From contig OZ242365.1 in assembly GCA_965208905.1 (NCBI GenBank), positions 320,001 to 384,000 of the forward strand: a stretch of DNA of 64,000 bases, given 5' to 3'. Source of the stretch: Nitrosopumilaceae archaeon (GTDB lineage Archaea; Thermoproteota; Nitrososphaeria; Nitrososphaerales; Nitrosopumilaceae). This document shows, one piece after another, positions 48,491 to 58,456 of the stretch. Every line of letters starts with the position of its first letter. Within the stretch, counting starts at the first letter, position 1. Both the position numbers and the translations under genes were made by a program. The notes beneath the pieces were generated by a model. It worked only from the letters and a program-made list of their open reading frames with translations, was not told the DNA's origin and did no database searches.

Positions 48491-49795
48491 CTCGGCCTCG
48501 GTCTCATACTCTTTGACTTTCTTGTTGTTGGTAAACTTTAGTCTGGATATATCCCTATCAAATATGGCATCGCCGGTCCAGTCTAATATGAGTCGAATCT
48601 TTTTGGAGAAGGTCGGTACTTTGGTGATAAATAGATTCCTCCACATCATCCAAGCTAGAATCCCTCCCACACTCATGCCAAAGAGAGAGGCTATTCCGGA
48701 GCGTTTTCCTATTAGGGCCATATGTGATTTATGTTTGAACTCATAGGTACGTATGGGTTTGCCGTTTATTATTGAGACTAAATTGTCTGCTACACATTTA
48801 GCTTGAGATGAAGCCACTTGAGCAGTGGGTGGCAATGGTTTACCATCCACATCATGAAATAATGCACAGTCTCCTGCAACAAAGACGTTTTTGTACTCCT
48901 TGGCCTCTAGATGGTCGTCTACTTCTATCTTTCCTTGTTTTGTCTTGAAGACAGATCTCTTTACGGTATTCACTGGTGTGACACCTGCCGTCCATATCAC
49001 TGTTTTAGTATGTATGTCATCATGCATGTTACCATCGACATCCTCTACTCCAACAGTATCCCCATCAAAAGATACTACGACAGTCCTTAAGCGAACATCA
49101 ATGCCATCTTGTAGTATCTTTGTATGAGCAATGTGGGCCAGTTTTTTAGTAATACTAGGCAGTATGACATCGCCCGATTCCAGAACTATAACATGTATCT
49201 CCTCCCTTGATATGGTATGGTAGTACTTGACGGCATCCGTTAAAAGGTCATGCAGCTCGCCTGCCGTCTCTATACCTGCAAAACCTCCCCCCACGATTAC
49301 AATTGTAAGCAGACTCTTTTTTATATCGGGATCACTTTCATTATCGGCCTGTTCTAATATGTCAATTACTCTGTTTCGTACATCGACCGCATCTTTTAGT
49401 GTCTTCATCTTAAACGAGTTATCCTCCACGTCTTGCATACCAAAGAAGTTAGTCTCACTACCTAAAGCCACCACTAAAAAATCATAGTCTAGTGTAATGC
49501 CATGCCTTTCAGGAGTGCCCCACAGACTCACCTTTTGGGATACTGGGTCTATGCCCTGTACTCTGTTCTCATAAAATTTTGTCTTCTTTAATATGGTTCG
49601 AATTGGTATCACAATATTTCTGGTCTGCACCATACCAGAGGCTACTTGCGGTAGAAGGGGCGTAAATAGTAAAAAGTTGTCTTCACTGACCAGTGCAATC
49701 TCGGTTGATGAGTTACTTCGCACGTGCTTCTCTATTCTACGGGCGCACTCGACCCCCGCAAAACCACCACCTAATATCACTATCCTTTTTTTCAT
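48473..49795 (-). CDS. Type II NADH dehydrogenase-like FAD oxidoreductase, paralog 1
   Basis: GGGFAG twice, FTPLLP, WTAG, AGD, PPTAQVA. Confidence 0.88.
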   Translation of the reverse strand: MKKRIVILGGGFAGVECARRIEKHVRSNSSTEIALVSEDNFLLFTPLLPQVASGMVQTRNIVIPIRTILKKTKFYENRVQGIDPVSQKVSLWGTPERHGITLDYDFLVVALGSETNFFGMQDVEDNSFKMKTLKDAVDVRNRVIDILEQADNESDPDIKKSLLTIVIVGGGFAGIETAGELHDLLTDAVKYYHTISREEIHVIVLESGDVILPSITKKLAHIAHTKILQDGIDVRLRTVVVSFDGDTVGVEDVDGNMHDDIHTKTVIWTAGVTPVNTVKRSVFKTKQGKIEVDDHLEAKEYKNVFVAGDCALFHDVDGKPLPPTAQVASSQAKCVADNLVSIINGKPIRTYEFKHKSHMALIGKRSGIASLFGMSVGGILAWMMWRNLFITKVPTFSKKIRLILDWTGDAIFDRDISRLKFTNNKKVKEYETEAELDDFW

Positions 49796-49821
49796 TACAC
49801 ATGAAATATAGCAAATTTTAC

Positions 49822-50496
49822 TTATAAGGCTCTCACTGAACGCAGTATTTCATAAGCTCTAGAAGCATGACTCTCTTCGACCACCAATGTTATGTAATCC
49901 AAGTTAAAGAATGCATCTCTTAGCTCTATGCCATTGTTATGAAGTACGTCTGCTATAAACGATATAGCATCAGGCCAAGACCTATTGGTGGGCACACTAA
50001 TCCTTATTCGTGCCAATCCTCTAACATATGTACGCTTACCTAGTATGTTGTCCAAAATTTCTCGTATGGACTCTTCATCTTCCACCAAAAACCTTACCGA
50101 ATCAGACATTCTAAAAAAGTCATAGTTATCTGTAGCTTCCGAGAACTTTGTCAAGATATCTGCAGTGTCTAGGCCCTCTTCGCTCACAGAGACACGCACA
50201 TCGAGCATTCCGTCAGTTAGTGTCATTCGAGAGTTCTCCAATACACGTTCATTCTCCCCCCAGTCCTGATCTTTGAAAGAGTCGGCGTATCTCTTGATGG
50301 CCACCACCAGTGTATTGAGGTTAACTGGTCTACTGATCTCAACTTCGACTTCGTGTTGTATACGAACTGCCAAGGCAGTGTAATTGATTACATTCATTCT
50401 GAGACAGTCATATACTGCACGATTTCTGGATATGACCTCACGAACGGCCTCTGGTACTGATACACCACTTGTGCGCATACTTGTATATGTACACAA
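49822..50496 (-). CDS. Conserved archaeal regulator-like protein (C-terminal ACT-like)
   Basis: INYTALA...LVVAIKRY. Confidence 0.7.
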   Translation of the reverse strand: MCTYTSMRTSGVSVPEAVREVISRNRAVYDCLRMNVINYTALAVRIQHEVEVEISRPVNLNTLVVAIKRYADSFKDQDWGENERVLENSRMTLTDGMLDVRVSVSEEGLDTADILTKFSEATDNYDFFRMSDSVRFLVEDEESIREILDNILGKRTYVRGLARIRISVPTNRSWPDAISFIADVLHNNGIELRDAFFNLDYITLVVEESHASRAYEILRSVRAL

Positions 50497-50573
50497 TCAA
50501 GATATTAGCGTTGCCCAAATTAGTTATTGCTGGACCATGATGTTGAATTTATTTGCCGAAATGATATGGTATT

Positions 50574-51899
50574 TTACCAAAAGTCATCCAACGCCTGTAA
50601 TGTCTCATACTCTTTGACTGGGGCGTCTCTCATTATCTTTAGTCTGGATATGTCTCGATCAAAGAGGGCATCCTGAAACCAGTCCATCAACAATCTAACA
50701 CGTTTGGATATTGAAGGCATCTTTGATAGATATACATTTCTCCACAATAACCAAGCAGTCATTCCTTGAATGTTCAACCCAAAGATGGATGCAATGCCTG
50801 TTCGCTTGCCAATTATCGCCATCTGTCCTCGGGGTGTGTATGTGAACTCTTCCATCGAATTATTATTTATTAATAAGAATAGATTGGAGGCTATTTTTTT
50901 GGCTTGAGCCTCGGCCAATTGGGCGGTGGCCGCAAATGGTTTCTGTGTGGCCGGATCTATACATAATGCGCAGTCTCCAGCTGCAAATACGCCTTTGTAT
51001 CCATCAGCTTCTAGATATTCATTTATCAGCATTTTACCCTTCTCGGTCTTGAATATTGACCGTTTTATTGTATTTGTAGGAGTAACACCTGCCGTCCATA
51101 TCACCGTCTTTGTAGATATGTTGTCTGTCATTTGATCATCCAAGTTTTTAGTGGTTATTGTAGCTCCATCAAATCCAGTCACTGCTGTTCGAAGGTTTAT
51201 CTCTATACCCCTCTGTATCATCTGGTTCTTTGTAAATTGAGCCAGTCTTTGAGAGAAGCCGGGTAGTATGGTAGGCAAGGCCTCCAGCACCTTTACAGAT
51301 ATGTCACTCATACTTATTTTAGGATAATATTTTGTTGCATCGTTTAGAAAATCATTCAGCTCTCCCGCCGTCTCTATACCTGCAAAGCCACCTCCAACTA
51401 TAACAATGGTCAAGAGACTCTTTCTTGTCTCGGTATCAGGTTCATTGTTGGCCTGCTCCAGCATATCTATAATACGGTTGCGCACAATGACTGCATCGTT
51501 CAATGTCTTCATTCTAAAGGCATTATTCTCCAAGTCATTCATACCAAAAAAGTTGGTCTCACTACCTAAAGCCACCACCAGATAATCATAATTTAATACA
51601 ATGCCGGGCTTCTCGGGTGTACCCCACAAACTTATCCGGCGTGCAACAGGGTCTATGTGCCTTACCCTCCCCTCATAAAATGTTGTTTTTTTAATCATAG
51701 CCCTTATCGGTATGACTATATTTCTGGTCTGCACCGTTCCAGAGGCCACCTGAGGCAGCATTGGTGTGAATAATAAAAAGTTGTCTTCGCTGACCAGTAT
51801 AATCTCGGTTAAAGAGTTACTTCGCATGCGCTTCTCTAGTCTACGGGCGCACTCGACCCCCGCAAAACCACCACCTAATATTATAATTGTCGTTTTCAT
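50574..51899 (-). CDS. Type II NADH dehydrogenase-like FAD oxidoreductase, paralog 2
   Basis: Same motifs as 48473-49795. Confidence 0.88.
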   Translation of the reverse strand: MKTTIIILGGGFAGVECARRLEKRMRSNSLTEIILVSEDNFLLFTPMLPQVASGTVQTRNIVIPIRAMIKKTTFYEGRVRHIDPVARRISLWGTPEKPGIVLNYDYLVVALGSETNFFGMNDLENNAFRMKTLNDAVIVRNRIIDMLEQANNEPDTETRKSLLTIVIVGGGFAGIETAGELNDFLNDATKYYPKISMSDISVKVLEALPTILPGFSQRLAQFTKNQMIQRGIEINLRTAVTGFDGATITTKNLDDQMTDNISTKTVIWTAGVTPTNTIKRSIFKTEKGKMLINEYLEADGYKGVFAAGDCALCIDPATQKPFAATAQLAEAQAKKIASNLFLLINNNSMEEFTYTPRGQMAIIGKRTGIASIFGLNIQGMTAWLLWRNVYLSKMPSISKRVRLLMDWFQDALFDRDISRLKIMRDAPVKEYETLQALDDFW

Positions 51900-52229
51900 A
51901 GTGTATAATATCTCCAGTACATTCTGATGTAGCAGTCCCCAACTCTCTGTGATGGGTCATCTACACTCCGACTTACATGGGCAGGCATAACTAAATTGTA
52001 TATGTAAAATACTAGTATATATTTGAGTTGCGACATAAAGATTGATACTATACGTCAAGCACAATTATTTAGACAGTATGTCATTTTGTTATATTGCATA
52101 TATATCAAAAGAGCATGTTGCAATCTATTTTTTGGCAAAATATATGCAGGCTGTATGTAAGCGACATTTTTAATGTTGTTTAATTTGACAGTATGCTTTA
52201 TATTATGTCATATATGTTACATAAGTAAC

Positions 52230-52661
52230 ATGAAAATGACAATATTTGAGGAATTCGACAGAGTCTTTGACAGAATGCTCTCGGATTCATCATTTATGAC
52301 CAACCCTGTATGGTATGGATGTCGTGTTGAATCAAGACCAGATGGGCCACCAAAGATACAAGAGTTTGGAAACTTACAAAGGAACACCATTGAGGTAGAT
52401 GTAATACCAAATGAAGAAAATAGTGAGATAAAGGTGGTTGCTGAAATGCCAGGTGTGGCAAAAGATGACATAAACGTCTATGTCGATGAAGACGATTTGG
52501 TGATTGATGCTACGCGCGCAGACAAAAAGTATCATGCTCGCGTACCAATTCAACACACAATTATTGATGATGACATAAAGGCATCGTACAGAAACGGCAT
52601 ACTAGAGATTGTCTTTAGTACAGAGAATAAACCTAAGGGTAAAAAGATAAGGGTGGATTAA
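52230..52661 (+). CDS. Small heat shock protein Hsp20
   Basis: AEMPGV.KDDI, ASYRNGILEI. Confidence 0.9.
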   Translation: MKMTIFEEFDRVFDRMLSDSSFMTNPVWYGCRVESRPDGPPKIQEFGNLQRNTIEVDVIPNEENSEIKVVAEMPGVAKDDINVYVDEDDLVIDATRADKKYHARVPIQHTIIDDDIKASYRNGILEIVFSTENKPKGKKIRVD

Positions 52662-52767
52662 CCCCCTCTTTTTTTATTCATAAAAATATACAACAGATAA
52701 TCGAGTAAAAATTGTTGTACCAAATGTATCATACAACAAATAAAACAAAATAAAAAAACCTGTAAAA

Positions 52768-53067
52768 TTAAGCTGCGAGTTCGTCCCAACCCTTTACGAA
52801 GAGACCATTCTCACGTAGTGGAATTGGTTGTCCAACAGTGAACTCTGTTGGTCTCATCCAAAAGATTGCCTTTGTGGGACACACACCTATACATGCGCCA
52901 TCAGAGATACATCTCTCTGGATAAAAGACGAATGCTTTGCTTCGGCTCCAGCCTTCAACGGACTTAATTCTGAGAACATCTGGTCCCAGAGCAGTGCAGA
53001 CCTGTACACAAAGTGCACATCCAATACACATTGCATCGTTGATGTCTGGTAGTATTGCTACTGGCAT
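52768..53067 (-). CDS. 4Fe-4S ferredoxin
   Basis: CIGCALCVQVC and CISDGACIGVCP. Confidence 0.9.
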   Translation of the reverse strand: MPVAILPDINDAMCIGCALCVQVCTALGPDVLRIKSVEGWSRSKAFVFYPERCISDGACIGVCPTKAIFWMRPTEFTVGQPIPLRENGLFVKGWDELAA

Positions 53068-53158
53068 ACCATACAAAATGCTGTTTTAGTTAATATAGCT
53101 TATTGCAGTCTGTACACTCATAACACCGTTTAAAACCACTAGCAGTGTCACGTTTAGT

Positions 53159-53692
53159 TTAAGTCGCTTTTGTCAGTTTTGCAGAGTTATCTGCAATATC
53201 TAGTGTATACATGTTGTTTGGTAAGTTGGTATGACCGCCAGGAATCTTCCAGCTGTCCGTGGTCTTTTTTGTTATGGCAGCAATTATTACTCGAGTATTG
53301 ACATTAACTCCTAATGATGACATCAGCATTATGGAATGAAGTGTCAGACGCTTATGTCCAAAGGATGTCATCATTCCGTTTAGTGAATCTATTATAATCA
53401 TATACTCATGTGCAGATGTTGTTTGTATTATACTTGTGATCTCTGCTCGCCAATCTGATAAATTGGGACGACGCACCAGTACATTGACGGGGAGGTCAAA
53501 TATGCCTGAATTAACATAACCACTATACAACATATCAAAATCCAGATATATTACGCCATGATTGGTATGATGTACTAACTTCTCTAAAAAAACACATTTC
53601 AAGAGAGGGTTTGAACATAATATAATATCGGGACCCGTTGTTTTTTGGGATAAAAATTTGTCCAGTATCTGTTTTATGTTGTGCAGCTGCAT
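53159..53692 (-). CDS. Hypothetical protein (degenerate RecA/KaiC-like)
   Basis: IYLDFD, IIIDSLNG. Confidence 0.6.
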   Translation of the reverse strand: MQLHNIKQILDKFLSQKTTGPDIILCSNPLLKCVFLEKLVHHTNHGVIYLDFDMLYSGYVNSGIFDLPVNVLVRRPNLSDWRAEITSIIQTTSAHEYMIIIDSLNGMMTSFGHKRLTLHSIMLMSSLGVNVNTRVIIAAITKKTTDSWKIPGGHTNLPNNMYTLDIADNSAKLTKAT

Positions 53693-53757
53693 CTATTATT
53701 GTGTCATATATTGTCAAATAAACCTGCTGTGATTTAGAATTTTTTCTCTTATAATAT

Positions 53758-54972
53758 TTGGTGAACGAACCTTGTATAGAATTAGCCATAATTTATAATG
53801 AAAACATGCCACTAATCAGATACATGTCAAGACAAGATATAGAGTCGGATTATTATGAAGAGTTTCCCGGTGAAGGCCGCATATACCTGAACAATGCCTC
53901 GATATCCCGAATGCCAACCTCAACAATTACAGCCATGTCTGATTTTATTACAGAATATAATAGTGTCGGACCGGACTCAGCGACGGGCAGACAGATGGTA
54001 CTAGATCTGGGGCGCCAGATACGACGCATCATCTCTAATATGATACACTGCCAACCCGATGAGATAGTATTGACACAGAGCATAACAGATGGCGTAAATA
54101 TCATATCCAATGGACTTGATGTAAAACTACACAATAATGTGGTAATACGTGATGTGACACACGAGCACCACGCCAACTCATTTCCCTGGCTCAATCTACA
54201 GGCAGAGCACAGAATACTCAAAGTTGATCAAAACGGACTGTTTGATATCAGAGATATAGAGTCGTATATTGATAATAATACTGTTGTAGTAGCCTTGACC
54301 CATGCGCTATACAATACGGGCGCCATCCTACCATTAGAGCAGGTGGGCCGCATGACAAAAGGGACTAGTCACTTTTTTGTAGACGCTGCGCAGACTATGG
54401 GAAATTTTGGTAGTTATGATTTCTCAAGACTGTACTGTGATTCTATGGCGTTTAATGGTTCAAAGTGGCTCTGCGGCCCCATGGGAACAGGACTCCTCTA
54501 TTGTAGCAGGAAGGCCGCATCGCAACTGCGTCCTGTTGCCATTGGTGGGGAGTCTGCCATGCTCTATGATAACACAAAGATAGCATTCAAAGATATGCCT
54601 GATAAGTTTGAAGCTGGATACCGCAACTATGCAGGTCTAGCAGGCCTTGCGGCCTCTTTAGAATACATCACAGGCATAGGGCTTGACACAATACAATACA
54701 AGAACAACAAGTTGAGTCAGGCGTTTAGAGAGAGTATATCTGATATGTCCGGCGTTACCATATACGGACCAGAGGATGAGCACATTGGCATTGTGTCGTT
54801 TCGTATTGATAATCAAAAGTCATCAGATGTGGTAAAGATGTTGGACGAACGGGGTGTGGTTGTAGCTCAGCGAGAGATCGGCGACCTGGACATAGTACGA
54901 GTATCACCACATTTTTACAACACATATAACGAGATCGATGCGACTGTAGATATAATTAAAGAGTGTTTATGA
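53758..54972 (+). CDS. Class V aminotransferase / cysteine desulfurase-like (true start probably near 53824)
   Basis: YLNNAS, EHHAN, VDAAQ, GSKWLCGPMGTG, RVSPHFYN. Confidence 0.88.
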   Translation: MVNEPCIELAIIYNENMPLIRYMSRQDIESDYYEEFPGEGRIYLNNASISRMPTSTITAMSDFITEYNSVGPDSATGRQMVLDLGRQIRRIISNMIHCQPDEIVLTQSITDGVNIISNGLDVKLHNNVVIRDVTHEHHANSFPWLNLQAEHRILKVDQNGLFDIRDIESYIDNNTVVVALTHALYNTGAILPLEQVGRMTKGTSHFFVDAAQTMGNFGSYDFSRLYCDSMAFNGSKWLCGPMGTGLLYCSRKAASQLRPVAIGGESAMLYDNTKIAFKDMPDKFEAGYRNYAGLAGLAASLEYITGIGLDTIQYKNNKLSQAFRESISDMSGVTIYGPEDEHIGIVSFRIDNQKSSDVVKMLDERGVVVAQREIGDLDIVRVSPHFYNTYNEIDATVDIIKECL

Positions 54973-55227
54973 TGTTTCTTGTTCTTCTATAACCATCATG
55001 GTTAATGTTGATTGAACTTTTGTTATCTTGCGTATCTTGTTGGTAATTACAAATCGTAGATTCTCTGTCTTTTGAGCAGTTAACTTTAAGACGATATCAT
55101 AGACACCATAGACACCCTGCAGTTCAAAATCTATATCTGACTCTTCAGCTAAAACTCTCTTTATGTCTGTGATAACTGATGCGTCAGAGCCCAGATCAGA
55201 ATTCAATAATACATACGCCGTTGGCAC
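54967..55227 (-). CDS. Lrp/AsnC ligand-binding domain protein
   Basis: AYVLLN, VYGVYDIV, IRKI..V.STLT. Confidence 0.88.
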   Translation of the reverse strand: MPTAYVLLNSDLGSDASVITDIKRVLAEESDIDFELQGVYGVYDIVLKLTAQKTENLRFVITNKIRKITKVQSTLTMMVIEEQETS

Positions 55228-55308
55228 AATGTAACTACTGATAGTTGATATTTAACTTTTAAGGATTCAAAACAGCAGCGTTAAATGTGCAACTACACTA
55301 TGTAGTGT

Positions 55309-55953
55309 ATGTTATTGGATTTGACATTGGAGATGTCCGATACACTGCCTGTGTTCCCAGGCTCGCCATCAATGCACACGATACCATGGAGCACCATAAA
55401 AGGGGAGGGATACAACTCTGAGATGTTGTTTCTAAGTTCACATTTGGGAACTCATATGGACGCACCATATCACTTTAGACAAGATGGTCTACGCATACAC
55501 CAAATCCCCCTGAATGTATTGGTTGGTAGAGCCACACTGCTTCATATACATAAAGATGCCAACGGGTATATTCAAAGAGACGATATTATACGGTGGCAGA
55601 AGGAAAACTGTACAATTCCGCACGGCTCGCCGGTAATATTTCGGACCGGGTGGCAGACGCACATCAATGATGACAATTACTTTTCTGAGAATCCAGGTCT
55701 TTCAAAGGACGCGGCCGAATATTTGGCATCCATATCAGTCTCACTGGTGGGGATGGACTCGCCTAGCATTGATGCTGGATTGGATGCTACATTTCCTGCG
55801 CACCACATATTGGCTCGTGCAGGTACGATAAATGTGGAAAATCTTGCCCATCTCGACAAGATACCAGGTATGCAATTTAACTATATTATTTTGCCCCTCA
55901 AAATATTAGACAGTACAGCTTCGCCAGTTCGAGCAGTAGCAGTCTTAGAATAA
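55309..55953 (+). CDS. Cyclase family protein (kynurenine formamidase-like)
   Basis: HLGTHMDAPYH, RTGW, GMDSPSID, ENL, SPVRA. Confidence 0.9.
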   Translation: MLLDLTLEMSDTLPVFPGSPSMHTIPWSTIKGEGYNSEMLFLSSHLGTHMDAPYHFRQDGLRIHQIPLNVLVGRATLLHIHKDANGYIQRDDIIRWQKENCTIPHGSPVIFRTGWQTHINDDNYFSENPGLSKDAAEYLASISVSLVGMDSPSIDAGLDATFPAHHILARAGTINVENLAHLDKIPGMQFNYIILPLKILDSTASPVRAVAVLE

Positions 55954-55985
55954 TTTTAAAAGGATTATTGCTTGTGTGTATATGC

Positions 55986-56486
55986 ATGAGTCGGCCTGGA
56001 AATCTATGGAGAAGCATACATGGACGTGTCACACGCCGACCCACCAACTTCTCTTGGGTCTTACCAGACATATTGGCGGGATCAGGGTTTCCCACCTCAG
56101 AGAATGAGTTTGAGTGGTTGTTAAGTCAGGGAGTAGAATGTGTGGTTACAATGACCGAGGAACCACTACCAAAATCATGGACTAATAATGTACAATACAA
56201 ACACACTCCCACGCCAGACATGACGGCTCCCACGCCAGAAGAGATAGATGAGACTGTAGATTTTATACATCAGAATATAATAGCAAAGAGGCCGGTCATG
56301 GTGCACTGCGCAGCGGGTCTGGGACGGGCGGGAACCATTCTAGCATGCTATCTGATAAAATACAAGGATTATGATGCGCAGCAGGCCATCGACACCATAC
56401 GAAGAGAGAGGCACGGCTCCATACAGTCAGAGGTACAGGAGATTGCCATCTCTATGTATAAAAAACACACACTTCAGGACACTTGA
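55986..56486 (+). CDS. Dual-specificity protein phosphatase
   Basis: VHCAAGLGRAG. Confidence 0.92.
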   Translation: MSRPGNLWRSIHGRVTRRPTNFSWVLPDILAGSGFPTSENEFEWLLSQGVECVVTMTEEPLPKSWTNNVQYKHTPTPDMTAPTPEEIDETVDFIHQNIIAKRPVMVHCAAGLGRAGTILACYLIKYKDYDAQQAIDTIRRERHGSIQSEVQEIAISMYKKHTLQDT

Positions 56487-56614
56487 GATTGTAGTCTTCC
56501 ATCCTGTATACTGATTATAACTCGCCGGCCCTCTTGAAACTGCAATATTATCTGGTCGTTCTCCTCTTGTACGCCCACTAGTTCGGTCATCTTGAGTTTT
56601 TCATAGTCAGCCAT
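56474..56614 (-). CDS. Small hypothetical protein (46 aa; below ORF-track cutoff)
   Basis: MADYEKLKMTELVGVQEENDQIILQFQEGRRVIISIQDGRLQSQVS; pattern similar to the upstream neighbour. Confidence 0.5.
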   Translation of the reverse strand: MADYEKLKMTELVGVQEENDQIILQFQEGRRVIISIQDGRLQSQVS

Positions 56615-56619
56615 CTCAA

Positions 56620-56772
56620 TCACTCGGGTATCGATATGGTCTGTATCTTGCCATCTTCAGCCTTTACAAACAAAAACCGATTATCTTTAAAGATGAAGGT
56701 GATTCCTCCTTCCTTGTCTGGTTCTTCCACTTCTAGGAGAGGTTGTCCTAGTAGACCATCATACTTTGCCAT
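56620..56772 (-). CDS. Small hypothetical protein (50 aa; below ORF-track cutoff)
   Basis: MAKYDGLLGQPLLEVEEPDKEGGITFIFKDNRFLFVKAEDGKIQTISIPE; TATA-like tataaaaa upstream. Confidence 0.6.
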   Translation of the reverse strand: MAKYDGLLGQPLLEVEEPDKEGGITFIFKDNRFLFVKAEDGKIQTISIPE

Positions 56773-56971
56773 ACAATCTACACTTGAGCGACTTTTTTAT
56801 ATCTTAGGTTCCTCTGATCAATATACAGTGTGCCACCTGCACTATCCAAAAGGGGTATTAGTCATTATGATGATACGGCATTATTCCGGCTGTCCTCCCC
56901 GTATTGTACACTCCAATATCTGAGCACTACGCATGCGTTTTATCTCTAGTGTATAACTACATCTTAGTCTA

Positions 56972-58456
56972 TGAGCTGGTAACTAAACGTCGCGTAGGTT
57001 ACCGGCCTGCCGTGCGGCAGATGTTGGTGGCGAACCACCATCCAGAGGAGTTACATTGAGACGTTCTTTGTTGGCTGGACTTTGACGCCCGACCTTTGGA
57101 CATCCTGTACCGGCCATCACGTCGTTAACACTTGGAGGAGGCATGCAAGTGCCAAGATGTATCTTCCCTCTCAAGACCATTCCGGCCTTGTCTTGCAGCG
57201 CGTAAACGGCTTGCGCACGCTTAGACCACTGCACTGTGTAAAAAGTGAATAATATGTTGAATGCCGCGTTGACATCCGCGTGCATCAGAACACCGCAATC
57301 ATAACACCGAAACTGGCTGCTTTTGCGCCATGTGTTTGTGTTGCCGCATACACAGCACTGTTGTGAGGTGCCTTTCTGGTCTATCTCGACATACTCTGTA
57401 TTATACTTGAGTGATTGTTGCGCAAGCAAGTTCCGCGCCTCACCACACTTGCTTTGTCGCATCAATTTATTCTTGGCTTTCTGACCCTTCCCTTTTGTGG
57501 TCATGGTTCTGAGGTTCATGCCCTCCATGATGATTTTATCGCACTGCAGCATCAGTTTTTTGGAGAACTTGCGCAGATCATCCATCTGTTTATTTCCCAT
57601 CTTCTTGTAGACCGATTGCAGCTGCGCATGCAAGTTGCGCCACTTGTGAGAATGAAGCTTGCACCGCGCCATCTTCTTTTGTGTTCGCGCGATGTTCCGC
57701 ATGGTATCTTTTTCACGAAGTGTCAGCATCGCAATACCCCCATCCGACTTTCCAACTATAAGCGTGTGCTTGCCGCCCATGTCAATACCCGCGTGTATGC
57801 CGGTACATACACGGTCCGGGACGTGCTCACGAATAGTTACGTGCAACTCGAACTGCCTCTCTTTATCATCGTGATTTGTAACATCCACAATCTTGTAGGA
57901 CTGTGAGGATTTTGGAAGCGTGTCCTTTTGCAGTTTGAAGGGTTTGTCGCACTTTGGGAAGTATACAGTATTACCCTTGGACTTTTTGCCCAATGGAACC
58001 GCGCTGTATAGTGGATATATCTTACGCCCGTACTTTACATGTGCACAACCCTCCATCTTATAGCCTTCTTGTATTGCGCCACGAACCCAAGCTTGGGGGA
58101 TTGTCTGGCATATGGTGGCTACTTTATTGGTATCAAATACCGACAGGCCGGCCCGACGCGCCTCAATTCCGGCATTGAGCCACATGTGCGATTCAGAATA
58201 CATGGAGTCAAAGTATTGTGTTAGTTTGGTTGATGTCTTTAAACGGTACTGCAGAGTCCTAATGATGTACTTTTCATCTTTGTACTTCATATATTACACA
58301 TGATTCGGTGATATTTAAGCGGTGTTCCTATCCAAAGGTTGTACAAAGTCCAGCCAACAAAGAACGTCTCAATGTAACTCCTCTGAATGGCGGTTTGCCG
58401 CCAACATCTGCCATACGGCAGGCCGGTAACCTACGCGACGTTTAGTTACCAGCCCA
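56972..58456 (-). mobile_element. TnpB element D: 113-bp TIR and 8-bp TSD
   Basis: IR 56972-57084 vs 58344-58456 (7 mismatches, no indels), ends TGRGCTGGTAAC. TSD TTAGTCTA at 56964-56971 and 58457-58464. Confidence 0.93.
56983..58290 (-). CDS. tnpB: TnpB-like RNA-guided endonuclease (435 aa)
   Basis: GIDMGGKH / IIMEGMN / HADVNAAFNI, CCVC...CYDC. C-terminus and stop codon lie inside the TIR. Confidence 0.9.
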   Translation of the reverse strand: MKYKDEKYIIRTLQYRLKTSTKLTQYFDSMYSESHMWLNAGIEARRAGLSVFDTNKVATICQTIPQAWVRGAIQEGYKMEGCAHVKYGRKIYPLYSAVPLGKKSKGNTVYFPKCDKPFKLQKDTLPKSSQSYKIVDVTNHDDKERQFELHVTIREHVPDRVCTGIHAGIDMGGKHTLIVGKSDGGIAMLTLREKDTMRNIARTQKKMARCKLHSHKWRNLHAQLQSVYKKMGNKQMDDLRKFSKKLMLQCDKIIMEGMNLRTMTTKGKGQKAKNKLMRQSKCGEARNLLAQQSLKYNTEYVEIDQKGTSQQCCVCGNTNTWRKSSQFRCYDCGVLMHADVNAAFNILFTFYTVQWSKRAQAVYALQDKAGMVLRGKIHLGTCMPPPSVNDVMAGTGCPKVGRQSPANKERLNVTPLDGGSPPTSAARQAGNLRDV

